A stretch of 64,000 nt of DNA, taken from the IMG/VR virus record IMGVR_UViG_2974704529_000001, positions 13,877 through 77,876 of that record. One strand, written 5' to 3'. The number at the start of each line of letters is the position of its first letter. Position 1 is the first letter of the stretch. The notes under the pieces are model-generated. The model was not told the DNA's origin. It saw only the letters and a program-made list of their open reading frames with translations, and did no database searches. Positions 62,196 through 64,000 of this stretch are shown piece by piece. The DNA is from a virus. Its lineage: Duplodnaviria > Caudoviricetes. The translations under genes and the position numbers were made by a program.

Positions 62196-62462
62196 CTAGC
62201 GCACTAGCCACTGTTGCACGGCTAGCGCTTTGGTCAGCGCTGAACCGTACGCAAACCGCTGCGTCGGTCCGCAGTAGTCCCACACAGCCGTAACGACGTC
62301 GTAAGGGCCACGCCACGACACATAGATACGGGTATCGCCCCGCGTGTATGCGACGACGGTAATACCGCGCGCTTTGTCCACAGGGTCCTGTTCTGTCTTG
62401 AGCACAGCCCAACCATGTGCCTTAGCGGTATGCGCAATGTATGCGCGTAGGTTGGCGTTCAT
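62196..62462 (-). CDS. Hypothetical protein
   Basis: ATGA-type overlap with the upstream gene. Confidence 0.55.
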   Translation of the reverse strand: MNANLRAYIAHTAKAHGWAVLKTEQDPVDKARGITVVAYTRGDTRIYVSWRGPYDVVTAVWDYCGPTQRFAYGSALTKALAVQQWLVR

Positions 62463-62695
62463 CGCAGGGTCTCGGTCTCGTCGTCGCTGTACGTGTCGCA
62501 ATCGTCTAGGAACACGTGACCGTCCACATTGGTCACTGTGCAGCGCAGTACGGGAGCGCTAGCCGTGTCCCCCGTAGGCCAGTGCAACACCAGCGCGGCC
62601 AGCGCAGCGCCAACCGTGATGAGTAGCGCCAGGGCGAGAACTCCGCGCTGTGTCATGGCGCGTTCTGTGGTGACGTTGATCTGTTGGGTATCCAT
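62459..62695 (-). CDS. Membrane/secreted protein
   Basis: One transmembrane helix; AAGGA RBS. Confidence 0.6.
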   Translation of the reverse strand: MDTQQINVTTERAMTQRGVLALALLITVGAALAALVLHWPTGDTASAPVLRCTVTNVDGHVFLDDCDTYSDDETETLR

Positions 62696-62775
62696 TGCCT
62701 TAGTCCTTAGGTGGTTGTGGTCAGTACGGGACCGGCCCGGCTGGCTGTGTGCCATACCGGGCCGGTAACACGTGG

Positions 62776-63153
62776 CTAGTAACGGCCCTTAGCCGCTGCG
62801 TAGGAATTGTTGAGACGGTCAATCAAGCGTGTTGCCTCACCAATCACGTGGTTGGCCTCACCCGTTGCGTAATCGTCCTTAGCGACTGTCAGCGCACGCT
62901 GTGCGGTTTCGATGGCAGATTGTGCGTAGCCGACGCGTGAGGACATGTAAGCCCGATCAAGCAAGCCGCTAGCGCGCTGCATGAACCGGGAGAACGCTTG
63001 TTCGTCCTTAGCGGTATCCGCCCACACGATCATTTCGGCGATATCGTCCGCTGTGGTGTCGTCAACGCTAGGTGCTGCGTACTCCGACATGTCGACGCGC
63101 TGCGCTTGGACGTCGGCAACCATGTCGAGCAGGTGAGACAGGTAATCAGACAT
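62776..63153 (-). CDS. Hypothetical helical protein
   Basis: GGAAGG RBS before MSDYLS. Confidence 0.6.
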   Translation of the reverse strand: MSDYLSHLLDMVADVQAQRVDMSEYAAPSVDDTTADDIAEMIVWADTAKDEQAFSRFMQRASGLLDRAYMSSRVGYAQSAIETAQRALTVAKDDYATGEANHVIGEATRLIDRLNNSYAAAKGRY

Positions 63154-63197
63154 TGTGGTGACCTTCCGGTAGGTGGTTGTGGTGACTGACAAGCGAC

Positions 63198-63226
63198 ACG
63201 TTACGCGCCGTGTACTCAGAACGCAA
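63198..63226 (-). promoter_or_regulatory. SigA-like promoter with GTAC spacer motif
   Basis: TTGCGT-TCTGAGTACACGGCGCG-TAACGT. Confidence 0.65.
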
Positions 63227-63263
63227 ACACGCGCACGTGAGGGTTAGAGAACCGAGCAGCTTT

Positions 63264-63730
63264 TCAGGACACAGGGCACAGCCAGCCAGCGCTTAAGCCA
63301 CACGCGCTCACACAGCCCACACAGCCACACAGCCAGGGCACACAGAACACAGCCTCACAGCCACACACAGCCACTAACACACAGCGGGCATACACACGCC
63401 TAGCCACAGGGCACAGGGACGCACAGGGACTCACGCAGCGCCATTCCCCTATGCACACAGCGCAGCGCACAACACAGCGCACACAGCCAGCCACACAGCG
63501 CACACAGGCACACAGCCCACGCCCAACACACAGGGCACACCTAAGCACTCACCCACAGGGCACACAGCCACACCTAACGCACACACCTAAGCCATCACAC
63601 AGGCAAGCACTAAGCACAGCGCTACACAGCGCACAGGGCACAGCACAGGGGAGCACTAAGGCACAGCCACTAGGCACACCTAAGCGCACCATAGCCACAG
63701 CACGACACACCCAAACCCAACACGCCGACA
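63264..63730. repeat. C/A-rich low-complexity tract with about 30 CACAG copies
   Basis: Manual count; almost no T on the + strand. Confidence 0.9.
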
Positions 63731-63733
63731 GGG

Positions 63734-63763
63734 TTGACATGGACCGTACACAGGGTGTACCAT
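63734..63763 (+). promoter_or_regulatory. Rightward SigA-like promoter pointing at the genome end
   Basis: TTGACA-TGGACCGTACACAGGGTG-TACCAT. Confidence 0.6.
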
Positions 63764-63990
63764 GCCCGACCCTCGACGGAGCTAATTAGACATGCGTGTT
63801 TGCTGACTAAGGCTAAGCCATTGTTTCGATCCTAACGACAAAACCGCAGGTCAGAGCAGGCCGGCCTAAGGCACAGCATGTGAATAGGTGAGCGATGCAC
63901 CTAAGGTCGACGCGCCAGCAAACAGAGAAACCGCAGGTCGGAGCGTTGACCCCCCTGGGGGGTGTCCGAAAACGCGCAGCGTGGCCCTCC

Positions 63991-64000
63991 TCGATCAGCC
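63991..64000 (+). other. Probable 10-nt 3' cohesive end (cos)
   Basis: The window ends in TCGATCAGCC, which I recall as the cluster L overhang; preceded by non-coding DNA. Confidence 0.6.

Noticed and set aside
63264-63789. ORFs 63264-63548, 63451-63789 and 63549-63740
   Set aside because: Cys/Val- or Thr/Gln/His-rich translations are artefacts of the CACAG tract.

Overview
The window is the right-hand ~64 kb of a temperate actinobacteriophage, almost certainly a mycobacteriophage. Its layout and terminal decamer TCGATCAGCC resemble cluster L-type genomes; that assignment is from recall, not a database search. From left to right it holds: (1) the C-terminal end of the tape measure gene, minor tail genes and a lysis cassette (lysin A, lysin B, a degenerate GH25-like protein, holin); (2) a short leftward operon (RlaP-like nucleotidyltransferase, Lsr2); (3) attP, tyrosine integrase and the repressor/Cro/Xis switch; (4) a long rightward early region with recombination and replication genes, an NAD+-rebuilding (NARP1-like) pair, RNA-repair enzymes, a ClpP-like protease and an orphan HicA; (5) a cluster of 12 tRNAs; (6) leftward genes at the right end with a shared promoter motif, two paralogous partners of one AAA+ ATPase, and low-complexity repeats running up to the probable cos end. 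The most striking locus is a Ro60-like (DUF2828/vWA-type) gene followed by three tandem Y-RNA-like hairpins that share an ACAGCAA motif. The middle hairpin encloses a complete circularly permuted tRNA-Asn-like fold that still has its GUU anticodon arm. Four further 100-120 nt closed-stem structured non-coding elements sit in intergenic spaces. All family assignments come from motif recognition by eye, and RNA folds were paired manually.
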